This document shows positions 55,352 through 64,000 of a stretch of DNA of 64,000 bases, piece by piece. The stretch's first letter is position 1; the number at the start of each line of letters is the position of its first letter. Origin of the DNA: a virus; the IMG/VR virus record IMGVR_UViG_3300032308_000833, positions 1 to 64,000 of that record; one strand, 5' to 3'. Position numbers and translations under genes: made by a program. The notes beneath the pieces were generated by a model. That model did not search any database, was not told the DNA's origin, and worked only from the letters and a program-made list of their open reading frames with translations.

Positions 55352-55826
55352 CGCAACCCCCAATACACCACAGGTAATTTATGATTCTAAAAATAATAAT
55401 TCATTAGTTAAGGTTGCAGATCCACAATATATAATTGTTGGAGATCAAGAAGTATCAATAGACATAATGTCTAATATTATATTTGAAGAAATCGGTAGTC
55501 AAGAAATTATTAATATTGATAGAAATGATACTGTTTTTGGATCTACTCTTTTGCATGAAGGAATTCAAAATAATAACAAAATATTACAAAACTATAACTC
55601 ATATACTATGGCTCCTGTATCTGGAACCTCTTATGAGTATTTTAAAAACTTTACAATTGATCTAGGTAAAAAAGTACCTAATGTTGGTAATGGACCAAAT
55701 GGAGAAAACATATATATAGATGCTTCTAATGAAAGTTTAGTTATAGAATTAGTAAACATAGAAAGTGATGAACAGGTAGAGATTAATATCTTAATTTCAG
55801 GAACTGGGTATTATGATACAATATAA
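55344..55826 (+). CDS. Minor tail protein
   Basis: Context; GAGG SD before MSDATP. Confidence 0.6.
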   Translation: MSDATPNTPQVIYDSKNNNSLVKVADPQYIIVGDQEVSIDIMSNIIFEEIGSQEIINIDRNDTVFGSTLLHEGIQNNNKILQNYNSYTMAPVSGTSYEYFKNFTIDLGKKVPNVGNGPNGENIYIDASNESLVIELVNIESDEQVEINILISGTGYYDTI

Positions 55827-55840
55827 CTTAGGAGATTTTA

Positions 55841-57004
55841 ATGATTACCGATAAAGGCAAAAGCATAATATCTAAATATTTGCTTGGACAAATTCCCTCT
55901 TATGGCTCTTACATAGCAGTTGGATGTGGAGCACGACCATTGGAACCATACGTAAGTGGTACATTACCAGATTATTCATCTAAGACTGAACTAGATTTTG
56001 AGATGTTGAGAGTTCCAGTTTCATCAAAGGGCATAGTAAATGAAGACGGTATATCAAAAATTGTTCTTACTGCAGAATTACCAACAGAAGAAAGATATGA
56101 AATAACAGAGGTTGGCCTTTACTCTGCAGGCTTTAATCCTATAACTGGATCATCAAATAGCAAATCGTTGCTATCTTTTACTCAATTTGAAAATTGGAAA
56201 GTTAATGGGTCTACTACACTAAACTTTGTTGCAGAGCCATTAGACGATCCTTTGATTTTAAATATAATAAAAGATTTTTTTACTATAAATAGCCAATCCC
56301 TAGAATTAGATATTTTTCAAACAAACGCTGACAACCCTATATTTTTAAATGACTCTAGATATCTTAGAAATGAAAGATCAAGATTTTTAAACAACATGGT
56401 TGTTATGAGAGGGGACTCTTCAACTTTTACTGGGTCAGCAGGATCTCTTGTTGGAGCGGGTAACTTTATTCAATTGTCTGGTACATCAATAGACTTATCT
56501 AAATATTCTACATCTGATGAACTTAGATTGGCGTTCAGTGTATTAAATAAAGATGGAACTGATGCAGATATTGATACTTCAAAAATTGCAGTAAGGATTT
56601 TAGTAGAGTTTTTAGCGTCAACTGTTCCTAGTGCTTATGCAAAAATGGAAGCAAGGGTTGATCATGTTAACGATGACTCTGCTTTTGACTTTGATGTAAA
56701 CAGATATTTTGTTGTAAATAAAGAACTTAAAGATATAAACATAACTCAGGGTTTTCCTTGGAAATCTGTTGATACAATTAAAGTTTATGCTCAAGTTCTC
56801 ACTGGTGCATCAACTGCTAATACTGTAGATGATTCTTATTATGTAGCAATAGATGCTTTAAGAATAGAAAGCAAAAACAATTTAAATCCAGCGTACGGAC
56901 TAACTGGATATTCAGTAATAAGAAATGCTGATTCTTTACCTATAATTAAAAGTCCCAATACTAGCAACTACATAGAGTTTAGATTTAGTGTGGATGTTGA
57001 GTAA
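55841..57004 (+). CDS. Baseplate / minor tail protein
   Basis: MITDKGK, YIAVGCG, L.FE..R, ITEVGLYS. Confidence 0.7.
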   Translation: MITDKGKSIISKYLLGQIPSYGSYIAVGCGARPLEPYVSGTLPDYSSKTELDFEMLRVPVSSKGIVNEDGISKIVLTAELPTEERYEITEVGLYSAGFNPITGSSNSKSLLSFTQFENWKVNGSTTLNFVAEPLDDPLILNIIKDFFTINSQSLELDIFQTNADNPIFLNDSRYLRNERSRFLNNMVVMRGDSSTFTGSAGSLVGAGNFIQLSGTSIDLSKYSTSDELRLAFSVLNKDGTDADIDTSKIAVRILVEFLASTVPSAYAKMEARVDHVNDDSAFDFDVNRYFVVNKELKDINITQGFPWKSVDTIKVYAQVLTGASTANTVDDSYYVAIDALRIESKNNLNPAYGLTGYSVIRNADSLPIIKSPNTSNYIEFRFSVDVE

Positions 57005-57549
57005 TGGTTGATAGTAATATTAAAAAAATAACAATTCTTAAAAAAGATCTTCCTGATTATATAGGAGATAACGATAGTTTGTCTTATCAAATAAGATACA
57101 GGGTTGTGTCAGAAGATAAAAACAGAACCTCACACTGGTCACCAATTTATAAAGTTGGAGAAACTAGTACCTTTGAAGAAGTTGGTTTTGACATTGAAGA
57201 TATTGCAGGAACGAGTATTCCTCATAATGTTATTATAAATGATGTAGCACATCTTGCAGGAATTTCTTGGACTATGCCAGCACTTTTAATAACTAATCCA
57301 ACTAATGAAGAAAAAATATTACAAGAAAAGCAAGCGTCAATAAAAAACTTTGATATTTATGTTCAATGGAAAACAGGTGGAACATATGGAAATTGGACAT
57401 GGGTTGGAGTTTCGCAGGGTACTCAATACTCTATGACATATCCATCTACAGGGCCAACACATATGAAGTTTAGAGTACAAAAGATTACACAAGTTAAACA
57501 GGCTTTTGATGCTGCTACATATCTAATTAGTAGTGAACAAACCCTTTAA
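57004..57549 (+). CDS. Minor tail protein
   Basis: RYRVVSEDKNRTSHWSP; context. Confidence 0.6.
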   Translation: MVDSNIKKITILKKDLPDYIGDNDSLSYQIRYRVVSEDKNRTSHWSPIYKVGETSTFEEVGFDIEDIAGTSIPHNVIINDVAHLAGISWTMPALLITNPTNEEKILQEKQASIKNFDIYVQWKTGGTYGNWTWVGVSQGTQYSMTYPSTGPTHMKFRVQKITQVKQAFDAATYLISSEQTL

Positions 57550-57567
57550 TGGTATAATGGAATAACT

Positions 57568-58008
57568 ATGGCTAGAATACCTCTCCCAAATCGTGGTCAA
57601 CCACTTGATGTTGCCTATATGTATCAAATAGCAGATACTTTAAATACATTGTCTACTCAAGTTTCCCCTTCACTTAATAAATATTTAACAATAGATACTA
57701 TATCTTCTGGAAAACAAGATGTGAAATCATCTGAAATGAGAATGGTTGGTGGATATGTAGAGGTTGCAAATAATAGTACAGTTAGTGCTGGAAACGAACT
57801 TCCATTTTCTTTAAGTTATTCTGGATTTAAGTATGCTCCAATTGTTACTGCTACCCCAATAAATATTGATGGTACTTCTGCTGGATCTGACATTTCTGTA
57901 GTGTTAAAAAATGTTACAGTGTCAAAAGTGGATGGAGTTGTAAAGTTTAAAACAAGTGGCAATGTTTCTATTGGTATCAATATAATTGCACTTGGAATTC
58001 CTAATTAA
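57568..58008 (+). CDS. Minor tail protein (H-type-lectin-like C-terminus)
   Basis: F...F...PIV.AT...IIALG. Confidence 0.55.
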   Translation: MARIPLPNRGQPLDVAYMYQIADTLNTLSTQVSPSLNKYLTIDTISSGKQDVKSSEMRMVGGYVEVANNSTVSAGNELPFSLSYSGFKYAPIVTATPINIDGTSAGSDISVVLKNVTVSKVDGVVKFKTSGNVSIGINIIALGIPN

Positions 58009-58199
58009 TGTTACAGTGTAAAAAATGTAAGGGAAGAATGTTTCTTGACAGACTTTATAGTTCACGTCTTCATCTAGAATTATATTGCATGTCTTGTGGG
58101 ACAAGAGAGTTTATGAACCCACCACAGAGCGTCATAGGAGGATCATGGCTGTTAGAAAAGGAAATCTTGAGAGCGAAGCATACAATCTCGCCCCTGTAA
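58008..58199 (+). CDS. Small zinc-ribbon protein
   Basis: CKKCKGRM...YCMSCG. Confidence 0.7.
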   Translation: MLQCKKCKGRMFLDRLYSSRLHLELYCMSCGTREFMNPPQSVIGGSWLLEKEILRAKHTISPL

Positions 58200-58690
58200 T
58201 ACCTGGCAATAAAAAGGTTTGGTTTTTAAACGGTGAGTTAGTAAGGATTCATCATTTTAATAAATCTAATGGAATCATGTCTGTATATAATATTAATAAA
58301 GATAGAATTGAAAGTTGTTTAATTTCTGATTTTAAAAATAAAAGAGAACGTGCATATACAGTTAGAGAAACGGCTGAACTAGTAAATAGACATAAAAAAT
58401 ATATGCCATCTTTAATGAGACGAGGGATTATACCATTCCCTACTGGATCACAAAAAGGCGGGGCACGAGGATGGCAAGTAAGATCATATTATTCAGAATC
58501 ACAAGTAAAAGACATACGTGATATACTTGCTTCGTACCATATAGGTAGACCAAGGAAAGATAATTTAATTACAAATGATATTACTCCTAGTACGCAAGAG
58601 TTGACTAGAAGAATGGGTGATGGTATACTTAAATATACGAAGACAGAAGACGGTAGATTTATTCCAATTTGGAACGAATCGATTAACTAG
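58145..58690 (+). CDS. HTH (MerR/excisionase-like) DNA-binding protein
   Basis: YTVRETAELVNR...RRGIIP.P...YYSESQV; GGAGG SD before ATG 58145. Confidence 0.65.
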   Translation: MAVRKGNLESEAYNLAPVIPGNKKVWFLNGELVRIHHFNKSNGIMSVYNINKDRIESCLISDFKNKRERAYTVRETAELVNRHKKYMPSLMRRGIIPFPTGSQKGGARGWQVRSYYSESQVKDIRDILASYHIGRPRKDNLITNDITPSTQELTRRMGDGILKYTKTEDGRFIPIWNESIN

Positions 58691-58699
58691 CAATAAGGA

Positions 58700-58915
58700 G
58701 TGGGTATGCAAGAAAACGATAATACCAAGGTTTCTATTACTCTTGGTTATACATTAAATCTAGGTAATTTTCAATCACTAAGATTAGATCTTGGTGTGGT
58801 AGATTCTAAGAAAGATGGAGAAACTACTAGCGAAGCATTTGAAAGAGTTTATGGTTTTGTTGAAAGTAAACTTACTGAAAAAATTAACGAAGCAAAAGCA
58901 GAAATAATCGATTAG
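58700..58915 (+). CDS. Small phage protein (TLNLGNFQSLR motif)
   Basis: Motif; ORF track. Confidence 0.7.
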   Translation: MGMQENDNTKVSITLGYTLNLGNFQSLRLDLGVVDSKKDGETTSEAFERVYGFVESKLTEKINEAKAEIID

Positions 58916-59223
58916 TGGCTGAACGCAAAGACCGAATGGCTTTGCTAGGAACATACGCTAAACACCATAAGGTTAAGTATGGGCAACAGCCATCAATAAA
59001 TAAATGGACAGAGCAGTGGTCTGCTGATGCTCTTATAGAATCATACGGTTTAGGTACATGCTATGATTTGCTTGAATATTATTTCAAGGTAGCACAAAGT
59101 CCTAGTTGGAACTATTTTTCATACAATGCTGAAAAAATTTGGAATGCTAAAATAGATAAAGAAAAAGATAACTTTGAAAGATTAGAAAGACGAAAAAAAG
59201 CAAAGGAGTGGTTAAGTGAATAA
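58915..59223 (+). CDS. Hypothetical protein upstream of the helicase (possible loader/initiator)
   Basis: ORF track; coupled to dnaB; function inferred from position only. Confidence 0.6.
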   Translation: MAERKDRMALLGTYAKHHKVKYGQQPSINKWTEQWSADALIESYGLGTCYDLLEYYFKVAQSPSWNYFSYNAEKIWNAKIDKEKDNFERLERRKKAKEWLSE

Positions 59224-60442
59224 TGTTGAAGCAAAAGTAATTTCTGCAGTATTACAAGACAAGCAATTACATGTTCTGCTTCAAAACAATGTTGACAATC
59301 TATTAAAAACCCATAATGATATTTGGAACTTTATTAGAATATACTTTGAACAAAACTCCTCAGTTCCACCAGTATCCCTTGTCGTAGAAAAATTTAGAGA
59401 CTTTAAGCCAGTAGAAAATGTAGGATCAACAAAACATCATTTAGAAGAATTACAAATTGAATATTTAAACGATAGTCTTAAAGATATATTAAGATCTGCT
59501 GCATCTGATGTTTCAGATAACAAAGGTACAGAAGCCTTAAATAATCTTATTACAAAAACTTCAGAATTAAAAAAGAACACTTCTGCAATACGTGATATTG
59601 ATGTCACTGACTTACAGTCTGCTATTGCATATTTTGAAAATCTTAAAAAACAACAAGAACTTGGTTTGGTAGGAATTACCACTGGGCTTCCAGGGTTTGA
59701 TAACTACTTACCGTCAGGAATCATGCCAGGGCAACTGGGAGTGTTTCTTGCATACCCAGGTATAGGTAAGTCTTGGTTAGCCCTTTATTTTGCCGTACAG
59801 GCCTGGAAACAAGGCAAATCTCCACTGATCATATCTTTAGAAATGGGTGAAGCAGAAGTCAGAAATCGTGTCTACACGATCATGGGAGAAGGACTTTGGT
59901 CACACAGAAAATTAAGCAAGGGTGAGATTGAACTTGACATGTTTAACAAGTGGCATGCAAATAAAATTTCAGGGAAACCAGAATTTCATATTATCTCAAA
60001 TGACAATGGTGGAGAGATTAATCCATCAGTACTTCGTGGAAAAATAGATCAGTATAAACCAGACTTTGTTATTGTTGATTATTTACAACTTATGAGTCCA
60101 AACCAAAGGTCTGACAACGAAACGGTACGAATGAAAAACCTTTCAAGAGAACTTAAACTTATGGCTATTGGTGAAGAGATTCCTATTATTGCAATATCTT
60201 CTGCAACTCCAGACGATGTAAACGATTTGAGCAGTGTCCCAACATTGGGTCAAACTGCATGGTCTAGACAGATTGCATATGATGCTGATTGGGTAATGGC
60301 ACTTGGTCGTGCATCCAATAGTGACATTATCGAATGTGCTTTCAGAAAGAACAGAAATGGATTTATGGGTGAGTTCCTTGTTCAGGTAGACTTTGATAAA
60401 GGGTATTACAGATACAAAGATTATGAAGATAAGCAGTTATAA
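59216..60442 (+). CDS. dnaB: Replicative DnaB-like helicase
   Basis: AYPGIGKS Walker A, SLEM, IVDYLQLM, KNRNG. Confidence 0.92.
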   Translation: MNNVEAKVISAVLQDKQLHVLLQNNVDNLLKTHNDIWNFIRIYFEQNSSVPPVSLVVEKFRDFKPVENVGSTKHHLEELQIEYLNDSLKDILRSAASDVSDNKGTEALNNLITKTSELKKNTSAIRDIDVTDLQSAIAYFENLKKQQELGLVGITTGLPGFDNYLPSGIMPGQLGVFLAYPGIGKSWLALYFAVQAWKQGKSPLIISLEMGEAEVRNRVYTIMGEGLWSHRKLSKGEIELDMFNKWHANKISGKPEFHIISNDNGGEINPSVLRGKIDQYKPDFVIVDYLQLMSPNQRSDNETVRMKNLSRELKLMAIGEEIPIIAISSATPDDVNDLSSVPTLGQTAWSRQIAYDADWVMALGRASNSDIIECAFRKNRNGFMGEFLVQVDFDKGYYRYKDYEDKQL

Positions 60443-60448
60443 TAGTAT

Positions 60449-60775
60449 GTGGACAATTATCATCATAAACCTATCAAGAACTTTAACCTCAGTGGAACCA
60501 TACACGATGATTCAGCCATTGAAAGGCTTAAATCTGAATATGTAAAACTGCTAGTATCAGAGATGAGGCTATCTGGTTATGTGCCAAAATTTGACATAGA
60601 ACCTGACTTTACGATAGACTATAATCTAAAGACAAAAAGTTTTGAGTTTGAAATAACAATATACGGAATATATGTAGGAAAGAGAAAGAGTGAATGGATA
60701 GACGGAATAAGTCAGGCAACACCAATATATACACTAAAGAACAAATCGAAAGAGTCATTGAAGGATCAGGTTTAA
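60449..60775 (+). CDS. Hypothetical protein
   Basis: ORF track; GTG 5 nt after TATAAT. Confidence 0.65.
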   Translation: MDNYHHKPIKNFNLSGTIHDDSAIERLKSEYVKLLVSEMRLSGYVPKFDIEPDFTIDYNLKTKSFEFEITIYGIYVGKRKSEWIDGISQATPIYTLKNKSKESLKDQV

Positions 60776-61638
60776 ACATTGAGTCACAAGTAGGCTCTGA
60801 ATTTATTGTATTTTGTCCGTTTCATAATAATCATAGAACTCCAGCAGGCGAAGTTAACATGAACACTGGAATGTTTTTTTGTTTCTCTTGTAATAAAATA
60901 GCAGATTTAATTGAGTTTGTAATGCATATTACAGGTAGAACATATTTTGAATCCGTGAGATTTATTAAAGACAAAGAACAGAATATAGATATTGAAAAAC
61001 AGATTAATAAAAAGTTATCTGTTAAACCAGATTTTGTTCAGTTTGACGAGTTAATAATTAAAAGATTAAATAATCAGGCTTTAGAGTCTTCAAGGGCAAT
61101 AGAATATTATGCTAAAAGAAAAGTAACTAAAGAATCAATAGTTAAGTTTGGTTTAGGTTATTCTGAAAAACAAGATATGGTAACAATACCAGTTCACTCA
61201 CCAGACGGAATGATGATAGGTTTTGTTGGAAGATCTATCGATGGAAAAGAATTTAAAAATACTCCAGGTATGCCAAAATCTAAAACATTGTTTAATCTTA
61301 ATAGAGTTAAGGCTGCTAATAAAGTTTATGTGGTAGAATCTTCTTTTGATGTTATAAGATTAGATCAAGTTGGATTTCCAGCAGTTGCAACACTTGGGGC
61401 AACAATATCTAGTCAACAGGTAGAGTTGCTTAAAAAATATTTTAATGATATTATTGTTATTGCAGACAATGATGAAGCAGGAAGTAACATGAAAGACAGG
61501 CTTATGGAAAAACTTGGCTCTCGTGTTGGTGTAATAAAGTTAGAAAAGCAGTACAAAGATATTGGCGACATGGATGACGAATCTATAAAGAAACTTGAAT
61601 TTAGATTTGACAACTCTATAATCGCTATGCTAAAATAG
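60694..61638 (+). CDS. dnaG: DNA primase (CHC2 zinc finger + TOPRIM)
   Basis: CPFH...CFSC, GFVGR, VVES.FD, DND.AG, KDIGD. Confidence 0.9.
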   Translation: MDRRNKSGNTNIYTKEQIERVIEGSGLNIESQVGSEFIVFCPFHNNHRTPAGEVNMNTGMFFCFSCNKIADLIEFVMHITGRTYFESVRFIKDKEQNIDIEKQINKKLSVKPDFVQFDELIIKRLNNQALESSRAIEYYAKRKVTKESIVKFGLGYSEKQDMVTIPVHSPDGMMIGFVGRSIDGKEFKNTPGMPKSKTLFNLNRVKAANKVYVVESSFDVIRLDQVGFPAVATLGATISSQQVELLKKYFNDIIVIADNDEAGSNMKDRLMEKLGSRVGVIKLEKQYKDIGDMDDESIKKLEFRFDNSIIAMLK

Positions 61639-61662
61639 AATAGAACAAACAAAGGAGAACGA

Positions 61663-62319
61663 ATGAGCGTAGTAAAGGGATTAAAAAATATCAACGCCCT
61701 GCTCGACAAACCAAAATATGAAGGTACAGGATCAAAAGTAAAGTGGTTAAAACTTGCAGATGGTCAATCAGCAAAAATCAGATTCATTGAAGAACTTGAT
61801 GAAGATTCTGCTAACTATAATGAAAAACGTGGACTAGCACTAGTTGTTAGAGAACACGTAAATCCAAAAGACTACAAGCGTCGTGCTGTAGATACAATGG
61901 AAACAGAAGGCCGCGATTGGGCTGAAGAAATGCATCGTAAAGATCCAAAGGCTGGCTGGAGAGGCCGTCTTCGTTTCTACTGCAACGTTCTTGTAGACGA
62001 TGGCATTGAAGCACCATATGTTGCAATTTGGTCTATGGGACTAAGCAAGCAATCATCCTTCAATACAATTCGTGAATATGCTTTAGAAACAGGAAGCATT
62101 TCAAATATTACATGGAAGTTAAAGCGTAACGGTCAGGGAACTGAAACTAGTTACACTCTTATTCCATCTGCTCCAGATACAGAACCGTTTAATTGGGAAG
62201 GTATTGAACCTCATCCATTAGAATTGGCTCTTAAGAAAGTTCCTTATGCAGAACAAGAGGCTTTCTACTTGGGGTTTGATTCTCCATCTACTACTTCGTC
62301 AACAAACACTGACTGGTAA
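61663..62319 (+). CDS. Single-stranded DNA-binding protein (gp32-like)
   Basis: WLKL.DG, IRF, KRNGQGTETSY; tail ending DW; context. Confidence 0.7.
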   Translation: MSVVKGLKNINALLDKPKYEGTGSKVKWLKLADGQSAKIRFIEELDEDSANYNEKRGLALVVREHVNPKDYKRRAVDTMETEGRDWAEEMHRKDPKAGWRGRLRFYCNVLVDDGIEAPYVAIWSMGLSKQSSFNTIREYALETGSISNITWKLKRNGQGTETSYTLIPSAPDTEPFNWEGIEPHPLELALKKVPYAEQEAFYLGFDSPSTTSSTNTDW

Positions 62320-62322
62320 TAG

Positions 62323-64000
62323 ATGAGTTATGTAGGCTTACACGTTCACACACACTATTCATTATTTGATGGTGTTGCTACTCCAGAAGAATATATAGAC
62401 CGTGCAGTTGATTTGGGTATGCAAGCAATTGCAATCACAGATCACGGAACCTTATCTGGGCATAGAGAACTGTATCGAGGTGCAAAAGCAAAGAACGTTA
62501 AGCCTATTCTTGGCGTAGAGGGCTATATGTGTCAAGATAGATTTGATACAAGAGACAAGTCTGAGAGAGACGGTCAACTTGATTTAGTCTATAACCATAT
62601 AGTCCTTCTCGCTAAAAATAAGGTTGGTTTAGAAAACTTAAATAAAATAAATGAAATCGCTTGGACTGAAGGATATTTTAAAAAACCAAGATTTGATTTT
62701 GAAATATTAAAACAATATTCAGAAGGTATTATAGTTACATCTGCTTGTCCAAGTAGTGTGCTTGTTAAAGCCTTGGAAGAAAATGCATTTGCAGTAGCAA
62801 AAAAATACATTGAATGGTTTAAAGATACTTTTAGAGATGATTATTATATTGAAGTAATGCCACATAATGCTGCTGAGATAAACAAACAACTTATTGCTCT
62901 TGCTGACGAATTTGGTGTAAAAGTAGTTGTTACCCCAGACTGTCACCATAGTTGCAAAGAACAAAGAGAAGTGCAAGAATTTAAACTGCTGTTAAACACA
63001 CATGCTAAAGTAGAAAAAGATCATACATACGATAAGTCTAAAAAGCATAAAGATATGATGGAGCGTTTAGATTATCTGTACGGTAAGGATAGACAGATAA
63101 CATTTAATAAATTTGACATACATTTGTTAAGTTACGAAGAAATTAAATCTGCCATGGAAAAGCAGGGCATATTCAGAGAAGACATATACTCTAATACTAT
63201 AGAGATTGCTAATAAGGTAGAAGAATATGACCTACAAGAGGGCTTAGATTTATTGCCAGTTCAATACAGAAACCCAGATAAAGAACTTAAAGACATTGCA
63301 ATGCAAGGTTTGAAAGATAAAGGTTTGTTAGATGACCCTGTATATGTAGAAAGACTTAATGAAGAGTTGGAAATAATTAAAGACAAAAAGTTTGGTCCAT
63401 ACTTTCTAGTTGTACAGAGCATGATTAACTGGGCTAAAAAAGAAGGAATTATGGTTGGTCCAGGTCGAGGATCTTCTGCTGGATCACTTTTGTGCTACGC
63501 TTTAAATATTACAGACATTGATCCAATTAAACATGGTTTGCTTTTCTTTAGATTTATTAATCCAGAACGTAATGACTTTCCAGATATTGATACAGATATT
63601 CAAGATTCACGTCGTGATGAAGTAAAAGATTATCTAGTTAGACAATATAGACACGTTGCATCTATTGCTACATTTTTACAATTTAAAGACAAAGGTGTTG
63701 TTAGAGACGTATCGAGAGTTTTAAATATTCCTTTGTCAGATGTTAACAAAGTTTTAAAGTTAGTAGATACTTGGGAAGAGTACTGCAGTTCAAGATCAAC
63801 AGATTGGTTTAGAGAAAAATATCCAGAAGTAGAGATTTATGGAGAACAACTGCGTGGAAGAATTCGTGGTACTGGTATTCATGCTGCTGGTGTTGTAACA
63901 AGCAAAAATCCAATCTTTAGATACGCACCATTAGAAACAAGATCATCACCTGGAAGTGACGAAAGAATTCCAGTAGTTGGTATTGATATGGAAGAAGCAG
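62323..64000 (+). CDS. dnaE: DNA polymerase III alpha subunit, truncated by window edge
   Basis: LHVHTHYSLFDG, AITDHG, GPGRGSSAGS, FPDIDTD, GIHAAG. Confidence 0.95.
   Translation, partial: MSYVGLHVHTHYSLFDGVATPEEYIDRAVDLGMQAIAITDHGTLSGHRELYRGAKAKNVKPILGVEGYMCQDRFDTRDKSERDGQLDLVYNHIVLLAKNKVGLENLNKINEIAWTEGYFKKPRFDFEILKQYSEGIIVTSACPSSVLVKALEENAFAVAKKYIEWFKDTFRDDYYIEVMPHNAAEINKQLIALADEFGVKVVVTPDCHHSCKEQREVQEFKLLLNTHAKVEKDHTYDKSKKHKDMMERLDYLYGKDRQITFNKFDIHLLSYEEIKSAMEKQGIFREDIYSNTIEIANKVEEYDLQEGLDLLPVQYRNPDKELKDIAMQGLKDKGLLDDPVYVERLNEELEIIKDKKFGPYFLVVQSMINWAKKEGIMVGPGRGSSAGSLLCYALNITDIDPIKHGLLFFRFINPERNDFPDIDTDIQDSRRDEVKDYLVRQYRHVASIATFLQFKDKGVVRDVSRVLNIPLSDVNKVLKLVDTWEEYCSSRSTDWFREKYPEVEIYGEQLRGRIRGTGIHAAGVVTSKNPIFRYAPLETRSSPGSDERIPVVGIDMEEA

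Noticed and set aside
59216-64000. Inteins or introns in dnaB, dnaG, dnaE (and nrdJ)
   Set aside because: Lengths are normal, motifs are contiguous and no Hint or homing-endonuclease insertion is visible
1-64000. Prophage/host junction, integrase or alternative genetic code
   Set aside because: No integrase, att-like duplication or host housekeeping block seen; long genes translate intact with code 11

Overview
A 64-kb internal fragment of a large, AT-rich, long-tailed dsDNA phage (siphovirus-type Caudoviricetes). The host is most plausibly actinobacterial; this is inferred from the many leaderless extended -10 promoters, a DUF2746-like membrane protein, a Gp88-like gene and a PASTA domain. 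1-9.0 kb: an early/accessory region transcribed divergently from about 7.25 kb, holding many microproteins, DUF932, a Gp88-like gene, tRNA-Asp and an unusually rich set of repeated non-coding elements. 9.3-13 kb: a modification-enzyme block (RmlC-like cupin, glycosyltransferase, three 2OG-Fe(II) oxygenases). 13.1-34 kb: a possible origin, fibre/baseplate-type virion genes, an SLT lysozyme-fold gene, more oxygenases and a class II RNR. 34-58 kb: portal, protease, capsid, neck, tail tube, chaperones, tape measure and tail tip. 58-64 kb: DnaB, DnaG, SSB and a truncated DnaE. Most notable: (1) a duplicated two-gene cassette whose second protein (PASTA or FN3 head) carries near-identical FGFSPFxV octapeptide arrays fused to an atypical C-terminal Hint domain, alongside six 2OG-Fe(II) oxygenases and two glycosyltransferases, a candidate self-processing and post-translationally decorated virion appendage; (2) two covarying structured-RNA motifs and a polar tripartite DNA element repeated through the early region; (3) DnaA-box arrays phased at 11 bp; (4) a tail chaperone pair in which gene duplication appears to replace the usual programmed frameshift. 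All family calls come from motif recognition by eye; no database search was run.
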